64,000 bases of DNA from positions 22,716 through 86,715 of the forward strand of contig JACPSK010000001.1 in NCBI GenBank assembly GCA_016193335.1, given 5' to 3'. Positions 49,471-59,030 of the stretch are shown here, one piece after another. The position numbers and the translations under genes were made by a program. Source of the DNA: Candidatus Magasanikiibacteriota bacterium (GTDB lineage Bacteria > Patescibacteriota > Patescibacteriia > Magasanikbacterales > UBA922). Position 1 is the first letter of the stretch, and every line of letters starts with the position of its first letter. Under the pieces are notes generated by a model. That model saw only the letters and a program-made list of their open reading frames with translations, did not search any database and had not been told where the DNA came from.

Positions 49471-50991
49471 TCAATTTTGAGTGCGCAGAGCTTCTATACA
49501 AAGCTCAAAATCATTCCATATCTGTTCGACTTCTACGGCACTGTGGCCTATAACCGTACAACCAAATTTCCCAAAATCTTTCATGGGACTAATCATATGC
49601 ATAAAAACACCGCTTTTTTTCTTATGATTAAAATCAAGTCCTGTCATTTTGATCTGTCCAATAAGTCGTGTCGGCTCTATCCGCCTTAGCCAATCTTGTC
49701 TGCCAAAAGCTTCGGATGCCTTGTAATAGATGTCGCCTTGTTCGGATTCCAAGATGCCTCTTTTTTCATTATATACGGCCTCTGTAAGATACTTCACCCA
49801 AAAATAGGTGTGATTTGTGCCTCCTTTGCGGGCGTTTATTTCCACCGGCCACAAAGACCAAGGTTCTCGCGCATTTTTTCTGCTCAACAAAAAATCCACG
49901 GCTATTATCCCCAAAGCTCCGCGCCTTCTCGTCTCCTTGACAATTTTCAGTCCGGCGTCAACAATAAACTTTTGATATGTGAAATCCGCTGGAAATTTAA
50001 CACCCACATAATCCAAACCCTCCAATATCTGGTCATGAGTGGCAAGAGCTCGAATAGAATGATCAGGTAAAATTTCAAACTGCGCGCTTGGCGAAATTTT
50101 TATAGGCTCATCAATAAATACTTCCACGACCGCGCCCTGCTCGGCGCACGCACGTTCAAAAATAAAAAAATCTTGGCGTATACCTTTCTTAAGAGCCTTT
50201 TTAAATGTTTCAAAAGAAATGAAATTTTGAATTGAAAATTTGACAATGCCGTGTCCCGCGCCTCCACGATTTAGTTTGAGCAGATAATTTTTTACTTTTT
50301 GTTTTTTAGCAAGCTTCTGTAGGACATCATAAGCATGCTCCAAGGAAAAAATATCTTTCTCTCCTGGTATCAGATCCAAACCCGCCTTGGAAAAAACGTC
50401 ACGAGCTTCTGATTTGCTGTTCAAAGCCAAGGACGAATCTGTTAAACCGTATAGCGGAATCTGAAGAAGCACCGCAAGTCTGATTTCCTCAACATTCACT
50501 TGAAAAAATTCAACAAAGGCAGGCTGATTGTATTGTTCGATTGTCTCTTTGATTTTTTTAACATATTCGGAATTGTTCAATATGACTTCTGTAAGTGATT
50601 TCCCTTTTTTTGTGGGTATAGTTAAGATATCAAAACGTCCGCGTAATTCAGGCCTGTCCATTCCTGTAACTTTTGCAAGATGATCAAAAAAATAATCAAC
50701 AATGCAAGGCTCAAAACCTTCCGACAAAACGGCGATCACATGAGTTTTCGGCTGTTTCAAAAAATACGCGAAATACAAATAGCGTTCTTCGTAAAAAACA
50801 GAACCTTCAAATTCCCGCAAAATAAACTTATCAAAAGAAATGCTTGGAATAATCACTAAAGTCCTTCCGCCAGAATAATCTGGTTCTACAATATCGAAAT
50901 TTTTTGCAAGGTCAAACATAAGATGCGGGAAATTGAATCTACAAAAATATAAAGAAACTGTCATGAAATCATGGCTATGGCCATATTTCAC
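49471..50991 (-). CDS. ATP-grasp fold protein (unassigned subfamily)
   Basis: KLNRGGAGHGIVKF and AVDFLLSRKNAREPWSLWPVEINARKGGTNHTY resemble ATP-grasp large-domain strands. Confidence 0.45.
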   Translation of the reverse strand: MKYGHSHDFMTVSLYFCRFNFPHLMFDLAKNFDIVEPDYSGGRTLVIIPSISFDKFILREFEGSVFYEERYLYFAYFLKQPKTHVIAVLSEGFEPCIVDYFFDHLAKVTGMDRPELRGRFDILTIPTKKGKSLTEVILNNSEYVKKIKETIEQYNQPAFVEFFQVNVEEIRLAVLLQIPLYGLTDSSLALNSKSEARDVFSKAGLDLIPGEKDIFSLEHAYDVLQKLAKKQKVKNYLLKLNRGGAGHGIVKFSIQNFISFETFKKALKKGIRQDFFIFERACAEQGAVVEVFIDEPIKISPSAQFEILPDHSIRALATHDQILEGLDYVGVKFPADFTYQKFIVDAGLKIVKETRRRGALGIIAVDFLLSRKNAREPWSLWPVEINARKGGTNHTYFWVKYLTEAVYNEKRGILESEQGDIYYKASEAFGRQDWLRRIEPTRLIGQIKMTGLDFNHKKKSGVFMHMISPMKDFGKFGCTVIGHSAVEVEQIWNDFELCIEALRTQN

Positions 50992-51034
50992 AAAATCAAA
51001 CTAAACTATCCCCTTTGCGATCTCATATTTTATT

Positions 51035-52537
51035 TCACAATTTTCTCACCAAGCCCGCGTAGCCGTCTACTTCCACCATGTCGCCGTCCTTTAATACATC
51101 TCTCGCGAAGCGCGTTTGTATCACGCAGGGGATGCCGGCCTCTCGGGCCAAAGTGGCGGGGTGGGAGGTAATGCCATGGCCGCCGTCGCAGACTATGGCG
51201 CTCGCTTTTATAATAGCCGTGGAAAAACTGGGAACCACTTGCACACTCACGATTACATCTCCCTTTTCAACTTTATGACATTCGTCGGGATTCATCACGA
51301 TTTTAACAGGACCCTGTGCTTTGCCGGGGGAAACCGGCATGCCGGTAAATTCCGTCATCCGAGGGTCTGCGACACAAAATTCTTTATAAAATTTCTCTGC
51401 TTCTTCTCCGGTCGTCAGCTCCGTTTCTTTCCCTTCTCGTGCCCGCCACAGAGACAAAGTCATCTGTTCATTTACTTCATCCGAAAGATTCTCTCCATCA
51501 AGCAAAGCACGTCTCAGTTGGTCGGTTTTCAAAAAACGAACCTGCTTGAGAGCCAAATGAGCGCGTTTGCCGATTTCTTTAAGTACCGGATCAAAATGGT
51601 ACAAAGATTCAGCCACATAACGCTTGCGTAATTCTTTTAGATGCGCCGCGTCGCGCATGGCTTGAAATAATCCCGCTTCTTCTTTATTCAAAGCTAAAGT
51701 GCTCGTGTATTCTGTCTGTTTGTCTTCAATTTCCTGTAAATCATTGAGTAACATTTTGTGTTCTTCTCGGGGGTCTTGGCCAAGAAGCTCTTTAAGAAGT
51801 TTCACGATACTTGGAATATCTAAGACAGGATCCTCATAATCACGCGTAACCCAATAATAGGCTTCAAGATGTTGTTGCATTAAGGCATACAAAGATGCGT
51901 CACTTTGCAGATCCTTGAGAGTGGCATCGAGCAGAGTCTTCTTCCATCGGTGATTGTTTGCTATCTGTATAGCCAATTCAAGCAAAGCCTTTCTATGCAC
52001 CGTGGATACCATTGCCGAGGGTTGTTTGGTTAAAATATTGAGCATCTCCGAAGCTTGTGAAGGATTATCTGAAATTCTTTTTTCAATAATCTTATACAAC
52101 TCTTCATTCAGATAGTCTTCCATAATCCAGATCGTGCCATAACTTGTGTACACGATTTTATACAACCCTTCATATTCGAGCCAGGCATTGTATAATTCTT
52201 CATTTGAGAAGGAACGCAAATCTTTGCTGGAAATACGTTTACAAAATTCAACGAGAATTGTTCCATTTTTATTCTGTAAATCAACAAAACGCGCGTACAT
52301 CCCGGGGTCTTTATGCAGAAGCTCCACAATATGTCGTCCGATCTCTTCAAAACTTTTGGCATCGTGGAAATAAATACCGAGCCTGTCTTTATATATCATC
52401 ATGGTATCTTTGAGATTCATGTCCACATATTCGTGGAGCATTTCAGTCATACCCTCCAGAGACATATAATTCGGGAACGGGCTGATGCGCTGACGCTGTG
52501 AAAGTAAAATCCATTTCCCGCTCTGTTGTTTCGTCAT
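51035..52537 (-). CDS. PEP-utilizer phosphohistidine (swivel) domain protein with ~400-aa helical N-terminal domain, paralog 1 (RPH substrate-binding + His-like)
   Basis: C-terminus GGHGITSHPATLAREAGIPCVIQTRFARDVLKDGDMVEVDGYAGLVRKL. Confidence 0.7.
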   Translation of the reverse strand: MTKQQSGKWILLSQRQRISPFPNYMSLEGMTEMLHEYVDMNLKDTMMIYKDRLGIYFHDAKSFEEIGRHIVELLHKDPGMYARFVDLQNKNGTILVEFCKRISSKDLRSFSNEELYNAWLEYEGLYKIVYTSYGTIWIMEDYLNEELYKIIEKRISDNPSQASEMLNILTKQPSAMVSTVHRKALLELAIQIANNHRWKKTLLDATLKDLQSDASLYALMQQHLEAYYWVTRDYEDPVLDIPSIVKLLKELLGQDPREEHKMLLNDLQEIEDKQTEYTSTLALNKEEAGLFQAMRDAAHLKELRKRYVAESLYHFDPVLKEIGKRAHLALKQVRFLKTDQLRRALLDGENLSDEVNEQMTLSLWRAREGKETELTTGEEAEKFYKEFCVADPRMTEFTGMPVSPGKAQGPVKIVMNPDECHKVEKGDVIVSVQVVPSFSTAIIKASAIVCDGGHGITSHPATLAREAGIPCVIQTRFARDVLKDGDMVEVDGYAGLVRKL

Positions 52538-52556
52538 AATATTAAAAATGCTTTAT

Positions 52557-53402
52557 TTACTCAATTTTGGGTTGTAGACGAGTTTCTATATCCTTTCCCC
52601 ACACGGAGAAAGTGGGATTTTCATTCAAAGAAAAATCAACCTTAAAGCCCTCCGCGTTCTCTATACCGCCTCCGCGTTCAACCGGAGTGAGACCCGTACG
52701 GGCGCTCACCACAGCATCAATGGCAGTGGCATTGGCAGCGCTCACTACGACAATGCGTTTCCCTGGTCCAAGCTGCTTCGCGAGCATAGCCACTCTCTTC
52801 TCGGCCAGCGCTATTCCTTCCTCAACGCGAGCATTCACCTGTTCCGGTCTTTCAACTTCATCGGGCCAGTCGGCAAGAAACCAGGTAGCTACACGCTTAT
52901 CTTGGATAGTTTCTGGAATGCCTAAGGCTCTGTGACGTTCTGGATCGTCCAATTGCGCTTTATACTCATCCGGTATATTGGCGGCGCCAATATCTCTGCG
53001 CGAGCGAGACTTTGGCTCGTCAATCGTACGCAATCCTTCATGCTGCGCATGCATCTCGCCTGTTTGCGGATCCCAACGCATTTTTATTGGTGAAAAAAAT
53101 GTAAATCCACCCTCCTTCAACCGTTCCGCGACACGCATGACAGAAAGTTCTGCGCGCGGATTCCCACTGTCGAAAACCTGAATAATATCCTTGTCCGGGT
53201 CCAATTCACTCATCAAACGTTCTGCCGCCTGATCCAGCTGTGATTCTCCTTCCGGCGTCAAACCACGCTTGGGGTTTGTTTTATCTTTTGTAGTTTCTCC
53301 ATGACGCAAAACATAAGCAGTCATTACCGGCATTTCACGCCTTATTTCTCGATATTCACGAGGAACTTCACCATGGGCGCCGTCTGGCATAGTATAATTC
53401 AC
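52557..53402 (-). CDS. Histidine phosphatase superfamily (phosphoglycerate-mutase-like) protein
   Basis: RHG motif YVLRHGETT near N-terminus. GC looks elevated (about 50%) versus neighbours. Confidence 0.55.
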   Translation of the reverse strand: MNYTMPDGAHGEVPREYREIRREMPVMTAYVLRHGETTKDKTNPKRGLTPEGESQLDQAAERLMSELDPDKDIIQVFDSGNPRAELSVMRVAERLKEGGFTFFSPIKMRWDPQTGEMHAQHEGLRTIDEPKSRSRRDIGAANIPDEYKAQLDDPERHRALGIPETIQDKRVATWFLADWPDEVERPEQVNARVEEGIALAEKRVAMLAKQLGPGKRIVVVSAANATAIDAVVSARTGLTPVERGGGIENAEGFKVDFSLNENPTFSVWGKDIETRLQPKIE

Positions 53403-53495
53403 TAAAATATTGACTTATGTAATAAAAATTTCTCAGATGTACCTCTGCTCGCGTCAAGTATATAAACCTTTTATGTTTAAGACAAGAAAGAACCT

Positions 53496-54101
53496 TTACC
53501 CGCCACAGACCTTATATATACGCGCTATCGCATCTCCCACGTTTTTGTACAAAATAGTCCGGGCTCCCATTCGTTTTGGTTCTTTCAAATTAGCCTCCTG
53601 GTCATCAATGTAAAGCATCTCTTCCGGTTTGACGCGAAAACGCTGACAGAGAAAATACATCGTCTCGGATTTTGCTTTTGGCAATCGATATTCCCATGTA
53701 TTGATCATATTCTTTGAACCAAACACTTTCCAGACTTCGGGGAATAAAACGCGTGTATCGGCCCATTGACTCCGCATATTTTTGGTAAGAATGATAATGC
53801 GGTACTTATTTTTTAATCGCTTTGCGCAATGCAGTATGGGCTTGTTTACTGAAAGCAAACTATAATGCAAATTTCGCAATTCTTTAATGGTTAAAGGTAA
53901 ACTCAAATCCTGTATGGTCCGTGTCCATGCCTCAGTTTGAGTGATTTCCCGCAAAGCCGCCCTGTTTACATATTTTGTGTACATGACTTCATATACCCGC
54001 TCGTATGGAATGCTGAGACGGCGAGACAGAGCTCTGGCCGTGGCCACATAACCACCTTTAAAAATCACACCATGAGCGTCGAAGATGATAAGCTTAATCA
54101 T
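53496..54101 (-). CDS. HAD-like hydrolase (variant motif I D-A-H)
   Basis: LIIFDAHGVIF motif I-like and YIDDQEANL motif IV. Confidence 0.45.
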   Translation of the reverse strand: MIKLIIFDAHGVIFKGGYVATARALSRRLSIPYERVYEVMYTKYVNRAALREITQTEAWTRTIQDLSLPLTIKELRNLHYSLLSVNKPILHCAKRLKNKYRIIILTKNMRSQWADTRVLFPEVWKVFGSKNMINTWEYRLPKAKSETMYFLCQRFRVKPEEMLYIDDQEANLKEPKRMGARTILYKNVGDAIARIYKVCGG

Positions 54102-54234
54102 AAACTCATATAATTAATCGGCCAACATATAAAATTACAATCAATTTCACAGCCTTTCTGTAGCAGACTGAGGGAGTAAGGGATACATTTTTTCATGACA
54201 AGTCGCATTGACTTTAGATTCAGTATATCCCAGA

Positions 54235-55749
54235 TCACAGCTTTCTGACTATCCCTCTGCGCGCGTCCACTTCCACCATGTCACCGTCTTTCAGCACCTT
54301 TGTAGCGATCTTAGTGCCTATCACGCAAGGAATCCCAAGTTCCCGAGAAACAATGGCCGCGTGGCAGGTAATGCCGCCCATGTCGGTAACAATGGCGGCA
54401 GCCTTTTTCATGGCTGACACGATTTCCGGGATGGTCATTTCAGACACCAGTATATCGCCCTTCTCCATTTTAACCATCTCTTTGGTGCTATTTATGATTT
54501 TCACAGAACCTGTGGCCATTCCAGCAAAGGCGATCTGTCCGCTTAGCTCAGTGACGTTCTCTGTATCAGTCTTTTCTTCTTGATCAATCCTCATGCGTGC
54601 TTTCAGTCCTCTCGCCGCTTCTCCGCTCACAAACTCAGCCTGTTCTGTATTAGCGTCAAGAAACAACAAGGAATATTCACTCCGTTCACGCAAAAGCTCG
54701 GCGTCTGTTCCGCCCTTCATCAATGCTTCTTTTAATTCGTCGGGCAAAAGAAAGGGAATATGCTCCATGCTTACATACAAACGACGAGCGGCTTCCCGCA
54801 GTATCCGATGAAGCGTGTACCAAGACATATACTGGTGTTCCTTGCTCCACCCACGCTGAAACATAAAATCTTTGGCAATACGGAATACGGCGCGATACTG
54901 CGCATCCATGTTTAAGAGAGAATATAGACGATCCTGTTCACGTAATGTATTCTTCAATTGATCCTCATGCGCCTTGATCTGTTCTACAATATGAATTTCA
55001 ACGCCTGCGTTCAAAATTTCATTCACATGAGAAATAATATCTTTTTGGGTCCAGGCCGGCCCTACACAGCCAAAAGCCAAAAAAGCATATTTTTGGGTAT
55101 GTTCGATAATAGTCGGATCTTCTGGAGATAAAGAGATCTCGCCCCTCTCGGCTCTCTGAGCAAGTTTAAGCGTATCAATATGCTCTTGACTGATAAGGGT
55201 GTGATCCGTGGGTGTAGTAAGTGTAGAGAGGGTTACTCCGGGGCTTATGGCAAGTCCTCTTTCTTTTATTATTCTCTCTAAATAATCCAGCAAAAAAATA
55301 CTAAAAGCCTCGAAATGCAAATCCATATTCCAGGCGATCGCTCTAATGACATGCAAACGTTGCATCGGATGATATAATTCATCAAAGAGCTCTATCAGTT
55401 CTCTGTTCGTGAGCGATTTTATATCTGTGTTATGAACAATTTTTTTATGCAATTCTTGGATGCGAGGAACCAAAACCGTATTTGATTCATGATGCAGATC
55501 ATCAATCCATTCCGGACGATTCAAAATGGTTTGAATACTGTGTTCAGCGGTCTGTCTCCATTCTGCCCCGATTTGATACATGTTGGTAAGAATTCCCTGA
55601 TATTCATATATGCCTCTAAGAGGCGGTTCCATGCCAAAAGATTTGTTTGAAACAATAAGAGGAGTAAGCAAATGCAGAGGAGGATACTTATGCAGTTTTT
55701 CAATCAAAAGCCAGTGTTCGGATAAAAACGCGGTATGCAGATTGTTCAT
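54235..55749 (-). CDS. PEP-utilizer phosphohistidine domain protein, paralog 2
   Basis: C-terminus GGITCHAAIVSRELGIPCVIGTKIATKVLKDGDMVEVDARRGIVRKL. Confidence 0.7.
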   Translation of the reverse strand: MNNLHTAFLSEHWLLIEKLHKYPPLHLLTPLIVSNKSFGMEPPLRGIYEYQGILTNMYQIGAEWRQTAEHSIQTILNRPEWIDDLHHESNTVLVPRIQELHKKIVHNTDIKSLTNRELIELFDELYHPMQRLHVIRAIAWNMDLHFEAFSIFLLDYLERIIKERGLAISPGVTLSTLTTPTDHTLISQEHIDTLKLAQRAERGEISLSPEDPTIIEHTQKYAFLAFGCVGPAWTQKDIISHVNEILNAGVEIHIVEQIKAHEDQLKNTLREQDRLYSLLNMDAQYRAVFRIAKDFMFQRGWSKEHQYMSWYTLHRILREAARRLYVSMEHIPFLLPDELKEALMKGGTDAELLRERSEYSLLFLDANTEQAEFVSGEAARGLKARMRIDQEEKTDTENVTELSGQIAFAGMATGSVKIINSTKEMVKMEKGDILVSEMTIPEIVSAMKKAAAIVTDMGGITCHAAIVSRELGIPCVIGTKIATKVLKDGDMVEVDARRGIVRKL

Positions 55750-55884
55750 AAAACAGTTTGAAATTTGTTAGTCATCCAGCTTAGAATTCCACTAAATGGG
55801 TTACCTTACCTGGAAAAATGTTAACGCGGGTTTTCGAAAAAACTGATACAAGGTTCATTTTACGATTTTCTCGCATCGCGAAAC

Positions 55885-57411
55885 TCAGAGTCTCTCAACT
55901 TTCCCATGAGTCGCGTCAACGCGTACTTTATCCCCATCGGCTAGCAAGCGCGTGACGTTTTTGACCCCTACCACACAAGGAATATTCAATTCACGGCTGA
56001 CAATTGCCGCGTGGCAGGTAACTCCCCCGTCTTCGGTGACTATAGCTCCGGCCTTTCGCATGGCAGGCAATAAACTGGGGAAAGTAGTATGCGCCAACAT
56101 GATATCGCCTTCATTCATTTTGTCCATTTCAGCGACCGTGTTGACAACCTTTACCTTAGCCACGATGTCGCCCGGGCAGGCACAGCTGCCTTGCAGTTCA
56201 TCGGCGTCTGATTCAAGTTCTTTTTCAAATTCAAGACTTTGTACAAAAAACTCCGCGGCTTCGCCGGTCAGTATATTTTGCCTGCCGTCAATATAGCTGA
56301 GTACGCTAAAAGCTCTGCGCTCGTTTACTATATGCGTATCCATATGTCCGCTCTTCAGAGCTCGGTTAAACTCTTCTTCAGTGAGATGATTAATTTGCGT
56401 CAATGAAACGCAGAGACGCCGAGCGGCCTCTTTGCGAAGCAGATCCATACAATAAAATCCGTAAAACATGGCGTATTTCCGAAAATCTTTGAGCCAAATG
56501 ATATCTCGAGCCACTCCGAGGAAATATCCTGTCTGCTCAGAAATCGGCAGTCGGTTTAGCAGTTGCTTCTGTTTTTCTTTGATGACCTCGTTTCTTTCCT
56601 CAGCTTCCCGAAGCGTCGAGGCCGCGTCTTGGCCGGAAGCAAAAAAATCCGCTAAAGCATACAAATAATGTTCAAGATGATAAGCCGGGCCAACGTATGT
56701 GTACGGCGTCCAACGCCATTTCTTGTAATGTTCAATAAGTAAACTGCGGCGTTCTTCGGCCATAGTCTCAAAACGCGCCTCTATTCCTTTTTTTGTATCA
56801 AATATATTTTTGGTATAAGCATCTTTGCCAATGGTTAGAGCCAGTCTCAAAAAATCGGTTTCTTCTGCCTGCGAAAAATTCTGTTCGCTTGGCGTGGTGA
56901 GCACGGTGTAGGCGCGCATAAGCTCTTCGTCATCATATCCGGACAAGTCATGTTTTAATTTTTCTATGATGTGTTTGGCGAGCAATTCACCATCGCTATC
57001 CACAAACCAGGTCGTGGAAACCGCGATCAGATGCCCTTCAATTTGCAAACGAGAGAGACGCGCGCTCATCTCTATGATCTCCTCATTGCTCAAGGTTCCG
57101 ATGTCTTTGGACTCTACCAGTCGGGCATAGGCTATATATTCTTTGTTAATTTTTCTGCACTGCTCGTGGATGCTTCGTACCCATGCCGGTTCATGTTTAA
57201 TCTTTTCTAAGACAGCCTTTATATACACGGTCATTTGATCGGCCGGAAAATAGGCGTCCGCGCCTTGATCTTTGTATATGATAATTCCGTCCTTTAACGT
57301 ATTGAGGAGCTCCGTTCGTTCTGCATATAAGATAATATCCCGAGGCAAATAATGCATGACCTTATAGTCGAGCAAACCCGGAATCATGGAAAAATTTTTC
57401 CGCCAAGCCAT
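55885..57411 (-). CDS. PEP-utilizer phosphohistidine domain protein, paralog 3
   Basis: C-terminus GGVTCHAAIVSRELNIPCVVGVKNVTRLLADGDKVRVDATHGKVERL. Confidence 0.7.
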   Translation of the reverse strand: MAWRKNFSMIPGLLDYKVMHYLPRDIILYAERTELLNTLKDGIIIYKDQGADAYFPADQMTVYIKAVLEKIKHEPAWVRSIHEQCRKINKEYIAYARLVESKDIGTLSNEEIIEMSARLSRLQIEGHLIAVSTTWFVDSDGELLAKHIIEKLKHDLSGYDDEELMRAYTVLTTPSEQNFSQAEETDFLRLALTIGKDAYTKNIFDTKKGIEARFETMAEERRSLLIEHYKKWRWTPYTYVGPAYHLEHYLYALADFFASGQDAASTLREAEERNEVIKEKQKQLLNRLPISEQTGYFLGVARDIIWLKDFRKYAMFYGFYCMDLLRKEAARRLCVSLTQINHLTEEEFNRALKSGHMDTHIVNERRAFSVLSYIDGRQNILTGEAAEFFVQSLEFEKELESDADELQGSCACPGDIVAKVKVVNTVAEMDKMNEGDIMLAHTTFPSLLPAMRKAGAIVTEDGGVTCHAAIVSRELNIPCVVGVKNVTRLLADGDKVRVDATHGKVERL

Positions 57412-57445
57412 ATGAACATAATGGTATACAATATGTTTGACAAAA

Positions 57446-57474
57446 GCAAGAAAAAATGCTATACTAAGCTGTTA
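57446..57474 (+). promoter_or_regulatory. Consensus sigma70-type promoter TTGACA-17-TATACT upstream of the high-GC gene 57652..58368
   Basis: ttgacaaaagcaagaaaaaatgctatact read directly. AT-rich, host-like. Confidence 0.5.
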
Positions 57475-57651
57475 TTCTTCAATATATACATTCTGCTTAT
57501 TCAAGCAGAATTTTATCGTTTATTTTGAGTCTGTCTCTGGTCTTAATAAACTAAGGCAAAAGACAGGCCCAAAACGCGCGCCTGCTTCGGGCTGAGCTAC
57601 CCTCTCTCAAGGGTGCTGAAGCAGAATCTCACAACGACAAGGGAGAAAAAC

Positions 57652-58368
57652 ATGGCCTTGGCCAAGGTGTCCGTCTACGACTTGCGTCACTATGAGAGGC
57701 AGAAGGGTTGTCCCGGTCAACCCCCGACCTTGTACGGGGAACTGACCTGCCGCGTGTTGCGAGAGATTTTGCTCGGGCGCAGGGCGCTCGAGGACATGCT
57801 GGTCTTGACCAGTCCGCAGGAGCGGGCCTGGGGGACCGGGCGCCTCGTTGCCTCGCCTGAGGCCGAGATGGGCCACTTTGACATGCGGAAGATGAACTGG
57901 CTCGAGAGCGCCACCACGCGCCTCATGGATGGCGGCAAGGAGCTCACCGAGCTAGCCGGCCGCTTCGGGGTCAGTGTCGAGCAGGCGCTCATGGTCCTGC
58001 CCCAGTTCGCGAGCCTTGTTTGCGACTGGACCGTGGAGGCCTTCTTCGGCCTCACGGGTGCCATCGCGGATGGCGAGCACCAGAACGTCTTGATGTTCTC
58101 GCATGGCGGGCAGGTGGATGCCCGAGCCATTTTCATGAAGAAGTTCAAGGCAGAGCCGGGCATGAAGCCGCAGAACTTGAAGCCGATGCTCGACATGCGC
58201 TTCCTGAACGGCCGCTGCGCCGACACCTGCGAGGGCTACGTCTACGACCTCCAGGTGGACACCGCGGCCGGCCTCATCGAGCGGGTCTTCGATGTTCAGC
58301 GCATCGAGCTCCCGGCCCAGTTCAAGGCACTGGGGGGCGGCGCCCTGGACCGCCTGCTCGCCGGCTGA
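57652..58368 (+). CDS. Hypothetical protein on a high-GC island (start at MALAKV with GGGAGA RBS)
   Basis: GC3-rich codon usage unlike flanks. Sole plus-strand gene within a minus-strand cluster. Confidence 0.5.
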   Translation: MALAKVSVYDLRHYERQKGCPGQPPTLYGELTCRVLREILLGRRALEDMLVLTSPQERAWGTGRLVASPEAEMGHFDMRKMNWLESATTRLMDGGKELTELAGRFGVSVEQALMVLPQFASLVCDWTVEAFFGLTGAIADGEHQNVLMFSHGGQVDARAIFMKKFKAEPGMKPQNLKPMLDMRFLNGRCADTCEGYVYDLQVDTAAGLIERVFDVQRIELPAQFKALGGGALDRLLAG

Positions 58369-58559
58369 TCTTTTCCGCGGCCGCCAAATCTAGCCCGATT
58401 CGGGCAGATACCTATCCGGCGGCCGCGCTTCGCCCCTCCTTTTCGACTGCTCTTTGGAGCGCGTCCCAATAATCGGTCCCTACCACTACCGATGGACGCG
58501 CTCTTCCCACCTCTTATGCGTTTTGTCTTTATCCGCTCCATAAGACGCTTGAGAAGTAA

Positions 58560-58590
58560 AAACATCCGGCTAAGCCGGATGTTTTTTGTT
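58560..58590. terminator. Bidirectional rho-independent terminator (aaaaacatccggctaagccggatgttttttg)
   Basis: Perfect stem flanked by an A-run and a T-run. Confidence 0.6.
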
Positions 58591-58596
58591 GATTTT

Positions 58597-58932
58597 CTAT
58601 GATTCTGATTTCTGCACTTCCAGACGCTTGACTCGTTTTTTCAAAACCACTATTTCTCTGGCAAACAAACCGCCGTCTTCATGGACTTTTGTTTCAAGAT
58701 TTTCAAAGCGAATATCGATTTTATCCAAGGTATAATGAACTTGGGAGAGTTCAGCTTTCACAGAACACATATCTTCGTTAAGAATTGAGACCTGTTGTTG
58801 CAAAACCGAAGTATCGGCTTTAAGTTCGCTTCTCAATTCCCGGATATCCTCTTTTGTCGCCGCAGTATCCTTTATGAAAATGACAATATCCAATATATCA
58901 TTTAATTTCTCTTCAAACATCTCTGACGTCAT
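58597..58932 (-). CDS. Small coiled-coil protein, paralog of 48976..49383
   Basis: Shared N-terminal FEEKLNDILDIVIFIKDTAA motif; heptad-rich. Confidence 0.5.
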   Translation of the reverse strand: MTSEMFEEKLNDILDIVIFIKDTAATKEDIRELRSELKADTSVLQQQVSILNEDMCSVKAELSQVHYTLDKIDIRFENLETKVHEDGGLFAREIVVLKKRVKRLEVQKSES

Positions 58933-59030
58933 AATAGTATTCCTCCCTTCTATACTTCACAGCTAGCAGTGAAGTACTTCAGTGTAAATTAATAGTACAA
59001 TTCCAATAATACTTCAGACATCACTGCCTA

